64,000 nucleotides of DNA from Ramazzottius varieornatus (taxonomy: Eukaryota > Animalia > Tardigrada), in contig BDGG01000002.1 of assembly GCA_001949185.1 (NCBI GenBank), positions 1,085,481 to 1,149,480 on the forward strand, read 5' to 3'. The position numbers and the translations under genes are program-made. Shown here in pieces: positions 37,401 through 50,403 of this stretch; position 1 is the first letter of the stretch; each line of letters opens with the position of its first letter. Under the pieces are notes generated by a model. That model saw only the letters and a program-made list of their open reading frames with translations, was not told where the DNA came from and made no database searches.

Positions 37401-37835
37401 TGGTTCATTACTCAAGACCCAACTGAAACATTAACTGAACACAACGGCCATTCTGGCTTCCAACATAGTCAGATGACAAATGAAATGTCGAAACACAAAA
37501 CAAAGTGAGCCAATCTACCTAACTTGCCGCTGGTGCTTACGTTAAAAAAGACATACGGGTTGAAATGCAGGTTGAAGGAGTTACAGTCCAAGATTGACCG
37601 GCAGCACGACCTGCTCCGTTTGATCGTAGAAAAGATGGAGATCAACGAGGAAGCCGACGAACTGGATGAAGCTTGTCAGCCATACGAAAAGCATCGTGAC
37701 CAACGCAAAGACGGACCCGCTGCAAACGGCAAACGTACTCCGTGGCACAACGATGGTTTTCGGGCGAAGGCAGCAACTGCGTCCACGTTTAGTGGTCTTC
37801 TCCGAAGAGCCAGCGGCAAACCCGAGTCCCGCTAA
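31455..37835 (+). CDS. TRPA1: TRPA1 ankyrin-repeat cation channel, multi-exon
   Basis: Many ankyrin repeats (e.g. GKSLLHHAAENG, GNTPLHVAC, QTALHWAV); S1-S6 region 'NYLEWILY', 'WQFGAWAIFLAWFTFMLYLQR'; pore 'TMGLGDLD'; TRP-like helix 'IGLAVGDIEKVQASATLRRIAMQVELHTNLERRLP'; C-terminal coiled coil. Confidence 0.93.
32252..32352. repeat. N27 palindromic element with both outer tails (TRPA1 intron)
   Basis: GTCGACAAATGACTTCCTCCAGACTG..AAGTGGCGCA-26 nt (32285-32310)-TGCGCTACTG..CAATCTGGGTGAATATATTTGGCC; the whole unit is an imperfect palindrome. Confidence 0.8.
32877..32935. repeat. N27 palindromic element (TRPA1 intron)
   Basis: CACGTGGCGCA-26 nt (32898-32923)-TGCGCCACTTGA. Confidence 0.85.
36017..36146. 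repeat. N27 palindromic element, tandem pair (TRPA1 intron)
   Basis: Spacers 36028-36054 and 36107-36133, both 27 nt. Confidence 0.9.
36726..36795. repeat. N27 palindromic element (TRPA1 intron)
   Basis: AGATCGTCGTTCTAAGTGGCGCA-25 nt-TGCGCCACTTGAGATAACGATAT. Confidence 0.9.
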
Positions 37836-38757
37836 ACCTTCAATTCCTTATTCGGTTCAAACCTTTAAATCTCTCTTCTACGAAAAGAAGCCTAATTGTG
37901 CTGCAGCGAACAGCTTAAATTCTCAGTGGTCTTTGTTTCTCGCAACTTCATAGTTCTTCATGCTTGCGCTTGTATCAGCCGAAACCTATATTTCAAGCAC
38001 GGGTATAGTCTTGATTATGAATCAGACAAATGGGTATTCCGTTTTCCGCTCCGTTCCTAATTCCGCCTGGAAAATAGGATTTCCGCTCCGTTCCTGCCGA
38101 CCCCGATTGGGAACGCTGGAATTCAGAATCGGAATTTAACCATGAAACCGGAATTCCGCTTGTGAGCCGAATGACAAAAGTAGATGTTTCCCGCTGGATT
38201 TCTGCCGACGAGACGTTCTTCGGGACTTTGAGCCTTATTAGCGCACTGTTGTTGAAACTTTGGTTCGCCATCAACGCGCTAGCGTGACCAAGGTTAGTTA
38301 AGAAACATCCAGAGGAAATTCCAGGGAAATTTTCACGCGAGGTTTTCGAGGAAAGGAGGGCACACCGGAAACTACAACACTCCACGCCCGGATGGAATAA
38401 ACAAGACGAAACCAGTAGCAGGACAAACAACCGCGAATACTCCATGAATTTTCTCGAATTTTCGGGTCATTTAGCTGATCATGAAATCTTGAGAATGTTT
38501 TGAGAGGTTTTCTATGCGGTAGGTAACACAGACAATATATATGACGATCTTGCGTGCCGAAATTACGAACGAACTTAAAGCCGAATTTAATGAGTTTCAC
38601 AGCGCGAATTCACAACCTGCGCAAAACAAATCGGCTTTTGAGAAGAAAACATTAAGAGATTGCGAATGAGCTGCGTTATTTCACGGAGATTAAATCAACA
38701 TCTAGAAGACCACTGGGAATTCTCTTACAAAGAAACGAATGAGTTCTAATCGGAAAA

Positions 38758-40731
38758 TTATTTCAGCTTTTTCTTGATCAGCTCCCCAGCAGAGAATGTC
38801 AGTGCATCCAATATTCCCGCGACCGTGAATGTTCCACCCACAATGGCGCATATCTAGGACAAAAGAACAACAAATTAGCAGGGTGGGGTGGAGATCTCTC
38901 ATGAAATGGGATTGTTACTGTGGTTAGGAAGGTGTAGAATGGCGGACGTTTCTCTGTGTACTTGACGGTAATAGGGTTGAGATCGTATTTGAACCAAATG
39001 GCCGGCGTTATTTGACCGTACGTGGGATATCCACGGTAAGCGTAAGTGTACTGGTACGCCGCCAGGTTCTTCCCTCTCAAGTCTGCAATAAAATGGTAGA
39101 CGTGAGAAGTGATTCACCGGCCTGCAAACGGAAACAACAGCTTACCTTGGTGAATGGTTGGAACAATCTTGATCACGTATTCGTGGTTTGTGGTGGCTAG
39201 AAAAGAAGATACGTCCCGTATTTTCCTGGCCTCAAGGAACGAGATCTTTCGAAGAGGAAAAATGACTCACGGTCGCTCGAGTCATGTATGACGCTTGTGA
39301 TGGGATTATAACTTCCGGGAACCTTCTTTCCCTTTGAAAAGAATTAAGAGATGGGACATCAGCAATAACTCTACCCCAATCGTCGTCTCACGTGGCGCAC
39401 ATGTCCGTTTTGGTTAAGTGAAAGCGTGCGCCACTTGGAGTAACCACTTTTCGAAATTCCATTACTCTCTCAAGCGGCGCACCTTTACAGTGTTACAGTG
39501 TTCTAAAGTAGCGCATGCTACTTTAGAAAAACGATCTGGGTGAGTTCATTTGCCGACGTTTCAAATATCTAAGACCAACAAAGAGATCGAGCGGAACGTG
39601 TTAAACGGGAATGTGCTTTGCATTACGTACGCTCAACGAGTGGCCGAAGCCGAGTTCGTGGACAATATGCTGGAAGTTGGGGATTTCGGCAGTGTGGCCG
39701 GCTGCGTGGGTTGAAACATGGAAATTTCCCGGCACCTGAAAAACGCATCACTCTCTCAAGCTTCATGAGACATCAACTGCTTTACGGCCAGATAAACAGC
39801 CCGAGGTACGTTCACCGATACCTTATTTATCGAAAAGACGGTCTCGAAACGACAGCCACTTCCCACTGGAATTTTGTTGGTTTCCGTGTTGTGTCCGACT
39901 TCATGTCTGCCCAGATCGTCCTGTAACCATCAGTACAATCACGTCAGGTGTACAGTTCCAAGCGGACCAGGAATAATCATGACGACACCTGAATATCCAG
40001 GCCGACAACTGAAAGAAAATTTCTTGTTTACGTGCAACAATAAAGGAGTCGGAAATTCGAAGAATCAGTAAGTAGGAAACTGGTAGACAGAACGTGTTAA
40101 AGTAGTACGTATACAAGACTGTCATCCTCAATACTCGTAGCGCACGTTAATCTTATTGCAAGCCGGAAGACTGCGTCACTTCAAGTGGCAGTCTTGCACG
40201 TTTCACTTGCCAGCCTCTCATAATGATGGCATCGTGAGCAAAAGTGTTCGCGTTCCCATATTCTCCCCGCAAACACGTTTCACAAAAGAAAACTGAGGAG
40301 CGAGAAAAAGTGAGAGGCTTACCGGTGCAAGAAAGATGTGGGAGAGTAATATTTAGCCTGACGGGGATCCGGTCATGGTGGCGATTTGGGTCGTCGACGA
40401 ACAGCTCACTTGTTCTAGAGAAGAAGTATATACGATGCATAAAAAGCATGACGAGACTGCCACGTATTATCATCAAGGGAAATTTGGCTCACATATCTGG
40501 CGAGATGAAGAACATGAATTCCGAGACCAGGAGGAAGAAAATGAACAGTACGCAGAAGATGGATATGACTGCGCCGGCCAATGTGGGCTGTGTCAAGTCT
40601 TTGGGTACCTTCCGGTAGATGTCCAACCTAAACAAAATGAAACGTATGCGCGCTGGATTTGACGAAACACAGAGACGACCAAAATATATCCAAAGTTTTG
40701 GCATATCGCACCTTCGCAAATCGAACACCAT
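38758..40731 (-). CDS. ERGIC1: ER-Golgi intermediate compartment protein 1 (ERGIC-32), multi-exon
   Basis: 'MVFDLR|RLDIYRKVPKDLTQPTLAGAVISI', 'ELFVDD...LNITLPHLSC', 'PAIWFKYDLNPITVKYTEKRPPFYTFLTT' and 'ICAIVGGTFTVAGILD'; ends 'ELIKKKLK*' (dilysine KKxx retrieval motif). Confidence 0.92.
39378..39558. repeat. N27 palindromic element, pair with right tail (ERGIC1 intron)
   Basis: First unit spacer 39400-39426 (27 nt); second unit rearranged; tail CGATCTGGGTGAGTTCATTTGCCGACG. Confidence 0.88.
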
Positions 40732-41399
40732 TGTCCAGCAGGTACCAAGTTGGAATTTCTGTAAAAGATAACGATGTAGTAGTATATACGACGTCACAAC
40801 TCTGTTGCAAAAAGTCTGGCGTTACCAAGCCACACTACATTACCTCCATGGCGTCATAACCCAGCAGTTCCAGAACTCACCTAATTAAAATGCAGCGCTA
40901 GGAGAGCCTTCCGGCGTTCTGGTCCAACCGTGTACGGGTCGTTCCTGTCCTCGTTCTCGTTCACGACTTCCGCCCTCGACTCAGTCGATAACGTCCATTC
41001 TGTGAGATTCCATCGAAGAGCAGCAGACTCGGAAGAAGGATTTATTTCATCGAAAACTTCTCCTGTCTGCCACGTTTAAAACAAGCTAAACAACAGTGAA
41101 ACCTGTTTGACCCGTTCCGTCGATCGCAGTTGCCACCTGTTTCCGCTTGGCAATCGGCACTTTGGCGGCTCCGCATGATATGGAGCCAAGGGCTGCCAGC
41201 TCACAATCCGTTCCGCCCGCAGGGCGTTTGATTGTTGATTGGTCCGTCAGTAAGAAACCCGTACGCGTAGTACTCCCGCAGATTTGTTTTGGAATTTTTC
41301 TTCTACCAGATTTTCTGCAAGCAAAGTCTTCTGTGATTTGCCGAACAGTGCCCGGTCCTACGACTTGTTTTTTTGAAGTTGCCAATAGGCGATCCTATC
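40732..41399. promoter_or_regulatory. Probable bidirectional promoter region of ERGIC1 and SMC1
   Basis: Divergent start codons ~670 bp apart; no specific core motif identified. Confidence 0.5.
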
Positions 41400-44300
41400 A
41401 TGCCGACCAAATTAGGCCACGACGTTTACTTGAAGCTGCTGGAGATCGAGAACTTCAAGTCGTACAAAGGTCTGGTTACTGTTGGACCGTTACAGTCGTT
41501 CACCGCCGTTGTCGGTCCGAATGGATCCGGTAAGATGTTGCTCATCAATCGTGGCGTTCTTGCTAAGCAGTTTCCGCGTACTTGCAGGCAAGAGCAACTT
41601 CATGGACGCCATCAGCTTCGTCTTCGGAGAACAAGCACGAAGCCTTCGCGTTAAGAAACTGAATGTAAGCGTCGATTGCTTGATTCTTCGCCGTGTCCTT
41701 CGCTCAGTTTGTTTCTTTCGCAGGAATTGATCCATGGATCGAATGTCCAGGATCCAGCATCGTCGAAATGCAGTGTGACAGCAGTGTTGTCTGTCAAGGA
41801 CGACGAGATCCGATTTCAGAGGATCGTCAAAGTCTCGGGCAACGATGCAGTTTCGGACTACAAGATCGATGGAACGGTATGGTCACAAAATGATGCACGA
41901 AGGTTCGGTGTGTTCCTCACGCACAGGCATACGTTTATGCAGGGCTGTGGCGCTGGTTAGTGCTTGCTCGTGCGTGAGGGACGAACTGTGATACCTAGCG
42001 TTTTCGACTGTTTTGTCCTGCACATGCGCGCCTCTATATTGTTCAAGTGTTTCATGTATCGAGGTTGCTGTCGAGTGACGATCGTTGTTGTTGACACGTT
42101 TTTCCTGTTTTGCAGTCTGTTAGTTACAAGAAGTATCTCGAAACTTTGGAAGAGTACAACATCGTCGTTAAGCCGCGCAACTTTCTGGTCTTCCAAGGCC
42201 AGGTCGAGCAGATTGCCACCATGGACCCCAAACAACGGACTGCTCTCTTCGAGAAGGTGAGCCGCTCGGGTGAGTTCAAAGAAGAGTACGACAAGCTCCA
42301 AAAGGAACTGGAAGCCGCGAACGAAGAGATGAGAAAGTCCTACTCTAAGAAGAAAGAGTTCGCTGTGGAGGAAAGAGACGCCAAAGAAGACAAGAAGATC
42401 GCCGACGAGTATGCGAAGCGACAAGCTGACTTGGTAGGTCGTGTCACTTCTCCAAGACTGCGTCTGATGTTGACTAGACCATTTTTACCCTGCAGAGCAA
42501 AGAGAAGTCCATGCTGCAGCTATTCGAACTGTACCATAAAGATACGGAGATTGAGAATATCAAGAAGGAAGTGAAGAAGCAGCGTCAGCAGGTGGAAGAG
42601 TTGGAGCGCGAAAGGGCTGCGGCGGACGAGAAGCTGAAAGCAGCCAAGAAACGGATGGGAGAAAAAGCCAAGGAAGTGGCCCAGCTGGATCAAGCAGGCC
42701 GCGCAGCTGTAAGTTCCCTCTCGAAATTTGTCATCGATGATTCTTCCTTCGAATACATTCTGTAAAATTTGGGAATTTCCTTGCAGGAACTGAGGGTGTC
42801 GAATTTGAAGCCGGAACACATCAAAATGCAAACGAGGATTGAACACATGGACGCTAAAATCGAATCCGAAAAGTAAGCTTTTCGCTGAACTTACAATTCC
42901 GTTGTGCGAACTGTTGTCGAAATGAGATAAAGACTTGCTATTTCAGGCGGATGCTGAAAACGCTGGAAACCACTCAGAAGACTCTGAACGAAGACGTAAG
43001 TGCTTCCGAGCAATTTTTTTGGCGTTGGTGGAAAGTGAAATCTGTTTATTGGTCTTTGCAGATTCGGAAGTTGGAATTGGAAATGACGGAAGTGCAGGAT
43101 GCGCAGCAAGCCTTTGACGATTCTCAAGGAACTCAAGCACAGGACCCACAAAGCGTTACCCAGCTCAGCGGCGAACAGGTGGAGCTTAGCTTCACTATCG
43201 GTCGTAGTGAAGTTTCCTGGAAGCTCAGCTCCGAGCTTGACTAGATTTATATTCATACTTCTTGGATTTGTTTCATAACGGTAAACATTTTCGTAGTTGG
43301 CTGAATATCATCGGTTGAAGAACGAGGCTTCCAGGCAAATGACACAGTCCCAAGCTGAGCTGGATAGTCTCAAACGGGAAGCCAAGAAGGACAGGGAGAA
43401 TTTAGCCAGCGAACGTTCGTCCTACGGAGAAGTATCCAACGATATCAAGCGTCGGAGAACCGAGCTGGAACAACTGGCAGCCCGAAATCAACGCATCGAG
43501 GCACTCATCCAGTAGGTTTCTTCCCTTCTAAGCTAGAAAAATTCATCCTACTTATTTTGGGTTAACGTCGACTTTTATGGGATCTCGACCGACAAACTCG
43601 ACGAGATCGTTTTCTCAAGTGGCGCACTCTTCCAGCCAGTAATACCAAGGACGTGCGCCACTTGAAAAAACAATTGGTTCTGACAGGAACGGTTTTTCAG
43701 ATGACGCAAGTTTCCAGTTGGAGTTACTGACAGCTGCGTCATTTGGAGAATGGTCTCGTATTGGGTTCAATTTGAACAGTGTTTTTGAGTGGATTTTTCT
43801 TGACGTTTTCAGGAAGAGTAACGAAGAAAAGACAACGCTGACAACACAGGTCGACGAGATTGAGGCTTCCCTGGAAGGCAATGACGAGAACATCAGCCGT
43901 ATTCAGACACGGTTAGGTGAGATTTCCAGAAAGTACGCCGAAGCCCGAGTGGACGAAAGGGAACTGGCGCGTAAAGCTCGCAAAGAAGACTTGGTCAACA
44001 AGCTCAAGCAGCTCTACGGTGACGAAGTGGTTAGTACCCATCCTTTCGATTTTTCCACAATGAACGGGAGCCGCACAAACAATCTCCACGAGATTGTTGT
44101 CCCCAGTGGCGCATGCTCTCAGCGACTGAGACTGTGAACGTGCACCCTTTGGAGAACCAGTCGTCTCTAGTCTAGTTTTTGGAATATTTCTGATCTTTGC
44201 AGTTAGGGCGTCTGATCGACTTGTGCCACCACTCGCACGAGCGATACCAGTTAGCTGTGACCAAAGTCTTGGGCAAGTACATGAATGGCATTGTCGTCAC

Positions 44301-47300
44301 ATCTGACGAGATTGCCGCCAAGTGCATTGCCTACATGAAGTCCCAAGAGATCGAACCTGAACAGTTTATTCCGCTGAACAGTCTCGACGTCAAACCTATT
44401 GCCGAACACCTACGGTAAGAATCTTCTGTATGCGGGTTCGTGACCAGGCTGCTTCACAATTGAAACTCGCATGCCACCGTCTTACATACTCGTACGTGTA
44501 CTGTTTATACCATTTGCTGTATGTAGGTTGGCGATGTCGACCCCGTTTTGTTATTTTGAAGGTTGAAAACTAACCTGGTCTTTCGACATCTTTCAGGAGG
44601 CTGGATCCGGAGAACGTGAAGCTCGTGACGGACATCATAACGATAACTTACGCTTCGGACAAGGCAGCGGTTCAGAAGGCGCTGAAGTTTGCCTGTGGCA
44701 GCGCCGTAACCTGTAAAGACACCAACATGGCTCGACAGCTGTCCAATGGCCGCGAGAAACTCCAGGTCGTCACTTGGAGTGGCACCCTCTTTGATAAGAG
44801 CGGAGTCATTTCTGGCGGTGCAGCGTAAGTTCGATATATCAATTTCCAAACTTTTTTTGAACTTATTTTCGAGTTTTTGTAAAATCTCTCACTCACCCGC
44901 ATACAGTTGCATCGTACTTTTACAAAGGCCGGTGTACGCAAGTCCGTGACATCGGCAGAAAAGTTTTCTGTCTGCTCGGTAATCTGACTTTTGCCTGCTT
45001 TTAAAGAGAACTGCGTTCGAGAGCCAAACGATGGGACGAGAAGGAAGTGGGGAAGCTGAAAGCGGAGCAGACGAAGCTAGCGGAGGAGCTGAAGGCAGCG
45101 ATACTTCTAAAGAGAAAGGAGGTCGAAGTGCGAGAAATGCGCTCCAGAGTCAAGGGCTGCGAAGCTCGCATCAAACATGCCGAACAAGAACGCAGAGAAA
45201 TTGTAAGAAACCCCAGTTCCCTTTTCGTTCAACATTTGAAGGACAAAATGAGCTTTTTGTTTTGTTTTACAGGAAAAGCAAACGAGAGAAACGCAACAGG
45301 ACCTGGAAAAGCTGGAGACCACCGAGAAACTGCTTAGCGTAAGGTTAATTGGGGCTTGGTGTTCTGAAGGTCTAGGGTCGAACCGTGCTTGCAATTTCAG
45401 GCGAAGGTGAAGAGCGCTGAAGAAAAAGTGCAGAAGTCCGACCAGAAGTTGAAAGTGGTGCAGACCAGGATGAATAACCTCGAGGATGATATCTTCCGCG
45501 AATTCTGCGCCCAACTTGGCGTTAAAAACATTCGGTAGGTTATTCCTTTTATTTTTGCACATGCGGATTGTTTGATTCGCGAAATTTTGTCTCATTCAAG
45601 TCATATTAGACGGGGGTAATAAATTGAAGCAGATTGTTTTCCATGTGGCGCACGTTTCCAGTGTTTTTGGCTCAAAGCGTGCCCCACTGGAGAATGACTA
45701 TCTGGTCCGAATCGCTCACCCATGTACCAAGCTACGAACCGGATTTGACGTCTTGTCTTGCAGGCAGTACGAAGCGAGAGAAATAAGTGAACGGCAGGAA
45801 CGTGAGAAGAGAATGCTGGAATTCACCACTCAGATCAACAAGCTGACCGAACAGATTAACTACCAGAAATCCAGGCTGATGAATATGCAAGGTTTAATTT
45901 CGAAATTCAAATACCTTTCATACTGTTTCATGATAAGGTTTGAACCCTTTAAGTGGCAAATTCGAAGGATTTCATGGTGTTTTGCAGGCAAGATCGACAA
46001 ATGCGATGAGTCGGTGAGAAAGCTGAAGAAAGATGTTGAAGCTGTCCGCAACGAGGAAAAAAAGAAGGCAGAGGTACTAGGATGAAAACAGATAAAATAA
46101 GGTTGACAGATTTTGTTCTATTGTTTTATATTCCAGGAGCTTAGAAAGGCGGAGGAGGAAGTAGAGAAAATCAAGAAGCAACGCGATGCTCTTACATCTT
46201 CCGTGGACGAGAAGGAAGGTGAGGTGGAGGAAGCCAAGAAGGACGTGCAGGCCGCCACCAAGGCACTCACCAGCCTTACCCGAAAGATTGCCACCGAAGA
46301 AGCCACCCGCGACCAGCTCAAACGGGATCGTAAGACCATCCTTCAGTACTGCAAGGTAAGTTTTTGCTGCATTTCTCCTACGCAAAACGATTTAACCGTC
46401 ACGAACTGGGTAGACGAAACCGACCATATTGTTTTTTTCAAGCGGCGCAGGGTTCCAGCTAGTTGAACGGACCACGTGCGCCACTTGGGTAAACAGTCAA
46501 ATTCGACTTGAATGCTTTCCCAAGTGGCGCACCCTGACGGTGTCAGTGACCGAGAGCGTGCCCCACTGCGGAAATCGATCTTTTCCAGTTTAATTACCCA
46601 GCTAACAGTCAAGTCTAAATTTTTGTAGATGAATAATGTGGTGCTGCCGATGGTGAAAGGCAGTATGGAGGATATCGGTGTGGCCGTGGCCGCTCTGGAT
46701 AGTTCGGCAACCGTCACCGACACTTCACAGGAATCGCTCAGTCAAGTCGCTGAAGATGGCGAGGTTATCCTGGACTATGGGAAGCTTCCGCCCCGTCTGA
46801 AGAACGTACGTCCGGATATTCAGATATTTGGACGACTATTTTTCTCGATTTTACTTCCAAATTTTTTGTTGCATTTTATGATTTTTTTCCCGCTTTTTTC
46901 TTGAAGATGCTGGAAGCGAGTGACCGCCAGAAAGAGACGGAGAAGCTGAGCGCGGAAATTCGCGAGTTGGAGAACACCCTCGAGACGATGAACACGCCCA
47001 AACCGAATGCCGGAGACCGTCTGACTGAGATCAAGAATAAGGCCAAAGAGTCCAACAAGGAACTGGACGAGATCCGCGCCAAGGTCGTTCGACTGGGTGG
47101 TGAGTTCGACCGAGTCAAACGCGAAAGATATACCCGTTTCACCACTTGCCTCGATACCGTCAGCACCAGCATCGACCTCATCTACAAGGTAAAAAAATAA
47201 AGCCGGAAAGAAGCTCAGAAAAGCACAAAAACTCCACATTGCGCCGGGTTTGAAATAGAAATTAGTGTCATGCTTTTTATGATGTGGCACTCACTTTGTG

Positions 47301-48230
47301 CGTCCCGCCTGTAAAAGCATGGTGGGCAACGTGGTAAAGCGTGAGGGTCGGCGACAGTGTAGACCGGGTATTCTTGCTGTGACTTATCTCGTTTCCAATC
47401 TGTTTTTCTACTGCGTATCTGCATCGCTTGATCCTTGTATAGGAGTTGGTAAATGAGGAGTCAGCACAGGCTTTCTTGAACGCGGATAACCAGGAGAACC
47501 CGTACAACGGCGGCATCACCTTCAGCCTGGTCGTACCTGGGAAGAACTACCGGCCCATCGACAACCTCTCTGGCGGCGAGAAGACGCTGGCCTCCTTGTC
47601 GCTTCTCTTTGCTCTTCATGCAGCCCATCCGTAAGAACGACTCTTGATTCGATATGCTTCTCCGAATTCGTTTTTGTTTTCGTTTCGAATGTAAACTGGA
47701 CGGAGATCATTTTCCAAGTGGCGCATGCCTTCAGCCTGTAGCTCCGAAGACATGCGCCGCCTGGGATAACGGTCACACTGGACAAGATTGCTGTATACCA
47801 AAGTGGCGTGTGTCTCGAGCCAGTTATACCAATGATGTGCGCCACTTCGGAAAACGGTCCTGCCAGAGATTGTGTGGCGAGCTCCCAACCATTCGGTTCT
47901 TTGGTTGGTCTCCCAGGTCGCCTTTCTTCATCATGGACGAAGTGGACGCTGCCTTGGACAACACCAACATTCTGCGAGTAGCGCAGTTTATGCGGAAGAA
48001 GTCTCGTGAAGAATTCCAGATCATCCTCATCTCCCTTAAGGAGGAAATGTACCATCATGTCGACGCACTTGTCGGTATTTACCCAGAGGTAAATCGGCTT
48101 TACTCACCTTTTATTTTCATCGAGTTAATCTAAATGTATCTTGCATCTTTCTTTGCAGCCCGCTGATGTTTGCATCAGTCGCAATCTCATCCTGGATCTC
48201 AACCTTCTCACAGAACGTCAGAAGCGCTAA
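41400..48230 (+). CDS. SMC1: Structural maintenance of chromosomes protein 1 (cohesin subunit), multi-exon
   Basis: '[14 protein letters not shown]...GPNGSG|[14 protein letters not shown]' (Walker A), '[14 protein letters not shown]', hinge 'GRLIDLC...[15 protein letters not shown]', '[13 protein letters not shown]', signature 'NLSGGEKT', Walker B/D-loop '[16 protein letters not shown]'; stop 48228-48230. Confidence 0.95.
43604..43672. repeat. N27 palindromic element (SMC1 intron)
   Basis: AGATCGTTTTCTCAAGTGGCGCA-27 nt (43627-43653)-TGCGCCACTTGAAAAAAC. Confidence 0.92.
44091..44152. repeat. N27 palindromic element (SMC1 intron)
   Basis: CAGTGGCGCA-27 nt (44114-44140)-TGCACCCTTTGG. Confidence 0.75.
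45631..45704. repeat. N27 palindromic element (SMC1 intron)
   Basis: AGATTGTTTTCCATGTGGCGCA-27 nt (45653-45679)-TGCCCCACTGG..TATCTG. Confidence 0.82.
46436..46581. repeat. N27 palindromic element, tandem pair (SMC1 intron)
   Basis: Spacers 46450-46476 and 46532-46558, both 27 nt, period 82 bp, opposite spacer orientation. Confidence 0.9.
47704..47858. repeat. N27 palindromic element, tandem pair (SMC1 intron)
   Basis: Spacers 47726-47752 and 47811-47837, both 27 nt. Confidence 0.88.
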
Positions 48231-50342
48231 GGCTGTGCGATGTTTTTTTCCTCTTTACGTTTACTTTAGTTTTTGCGTTTTGAAGTTTCCACTTGATGAA
48301 ACTTGTGTGTACATTTGCTTTTGAAGTCTTAGTTTAATTTGGAGTTGAATACGGTTACGTCGCCTCTGGAAACTCATGGTAGAGTCGTCTGGTAATATTC
48401 CTTTCTTTTGTGTGAGTTTTGAATTTTAAGTGTCCTCAGTTTTCTTTGAAGGCTGGAGAGGATGCTTTCATGGTGTTGATAAAGGCTTCTGAAAGGAAGA
48501 CAAACACCGATATGAATGAAATTAAGGTTGAGGACTCTTAGTACAGCTGACGGTAAACTGGCGGAAAATCTATCGATATCATACGAAACTCCACGTTACA
48601 TTTAAAGAATGTGGCGGTTTAAGTTTTAAAACAAATGGTGAAAAGCGGGTTTGCTTGACAGTGAGTTCATCACTTACAGCTACAGAGTACGACTATGAAC
48701 CGGAGTATAGGAATTCCGCGCGGTTGGATATTCAAGGCCAAGTTCACTCTCGAACGAAAGAAGAGTCTTTTTTCTACGTTCTTTTTGCTTGTTCAACGGG
48801 ATGCGTATGATGGTACAGCAAACTAAAACCTTGGAAGAATCTACAACAGGAGAGACTAAATTACGGAGTAAGATTCAGTGTTGACATTGCTACCGCATTC
48901 GGCGGATATGATCGTTTACCAAGAATGTCACGACGCTGGCTGCAAGTAGCAATTAGCCGTATCTGGAAGTGAGACTTGAGGCTCGGGTAACGGGTAGAGT
49001 TGTGTATATGGGCAAACGGCATTGTAGAAAGTTGGAAGGTGATGGCCGAATAGGATATCAAGGGGTAGTTGAGGTTGGCAATGTCTCTTGACTTGCAAAG
49101 AGGACAATCTTGACGGTCCTTGCGCCCATCATCGGAGCGTGACTGCGGACCACAAGGACCCTTCTTCAGACAGAATGGAGACGGTGTGCCACAGTCAGCC
49201 GGCCCTTGACGTCCCACTGGCTACTCTTTTAAAGCCAATCAAAGTGCAAAATGATATACCTCTTCCGTCTTTCCATAAGAATTCTTAATCTAATGAATGC
49301 AGGTGATACATTTCCATCGTCCGGCAAGCGACAGACAAGGAAGTGCTGTTGAAAAGTCAAGGACGCCTCCCCGGACTTCAGACCGTCTTTTCGACATGTC
49401 AAGCAGTTCTTCACCAGTTCGAAATGTTCCGCTACCATTCGATCCCAAGTTTCATTCCCCAAAGCCACCGCCAAAAAGACATTTCGGCCTTTGTAAGGGT
49501 CACCAATAGCACTGTGCCGCGAAAGTCTATCAATCAGCAAAGCCGACGTTTGGGAGGCAGGCTGGCAAACGCAACGCACAACAACATCGCGTAAAGCGGC
49601 GCACGCTACCCTTGTTTGCAAGAAGCTTGCGTCACTTATGATAAGTCTCCCATATTTTATCCCAAAATTTTCGTGACCCGCTGTCCTTTGCTGAAAAAGA
49701 TGAGGAATACGTCTGCGCGTCTGTCGATTTTAATGAGTCGAATTAAAATGGGAGCGTGGCAGCTTTGGTAAAGAGAGGAGGAAATGATTGGCACTTGAGT
49801 TTAGCCTCGTCGGAAATTTCCTGAATTCGTTAGCGACAGGAACGGATGGAAAAAGGGGAGAGGGGAAGTACTGGCAGGGTGGGATAGTCGCTGATGAGAG
49901 CAGCGCTGGCTATTGTGTACCACGGCAGAGTAATAAGGGAAGCGTGGTCCAGGATGGCCTCTTGAGATGGCGTGTTAATTTGGCCAGCGTGTCTTACTCA
50001 CTTGACGGGCCTTCATCAGCACCACCAACACTCGCCACTGTTTATTAGTCTCTGCCCGCCGGCAAAGGATGCCTTCGCGCACAGCCACGTGCCTGGTGCC
50101 ATTATTAGACCGGGAAATTCTGGTAGACTCTTCAACCAGAGCACTTGTCCATTTCACCCACCAAGCTGTTCCAGGCCGATAGTAAGCGTGGGATGTACAC
50201 AACGCGAAAATCAACGTCACCGATCGAAATCGAAATAATCGAAATAATCGAAATGAGTGAATAATCGTACAAAAACGCCGAGAATGGTTGACGCTCGACT
50301 TTGAGGCCAGCAGGGCAAAGCAAATGTACATGACCGTTAGGT

Positions 50343-50403
50343 AAAGCGGCACATGTTGCCATCCAAAAAAACTCAAAACGTGCGCCGCAAGAGAAAACGA
50401 TCT
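50343..50403. repeat. N27 palindromic element (intergenic)
   Basis: AAAGCGGCACA-27 nt (50354-50380)-TGCGCCGCAAG..CGATCT. Confidence 0.7.

Noticed and set aside
3468-47916. N27-containing introns as Introner-generated introns
   Set aside because: The element lies in the intron interior and intron ends are not similar to each other, so it did not supply the splice sites.
50222-50254. Short tandem repeat (ATCGAAATA-like); also short duplications at ~18475-18530 and 29041-29075
   Set aside because: Two to three copies only; ordinary slippage products.
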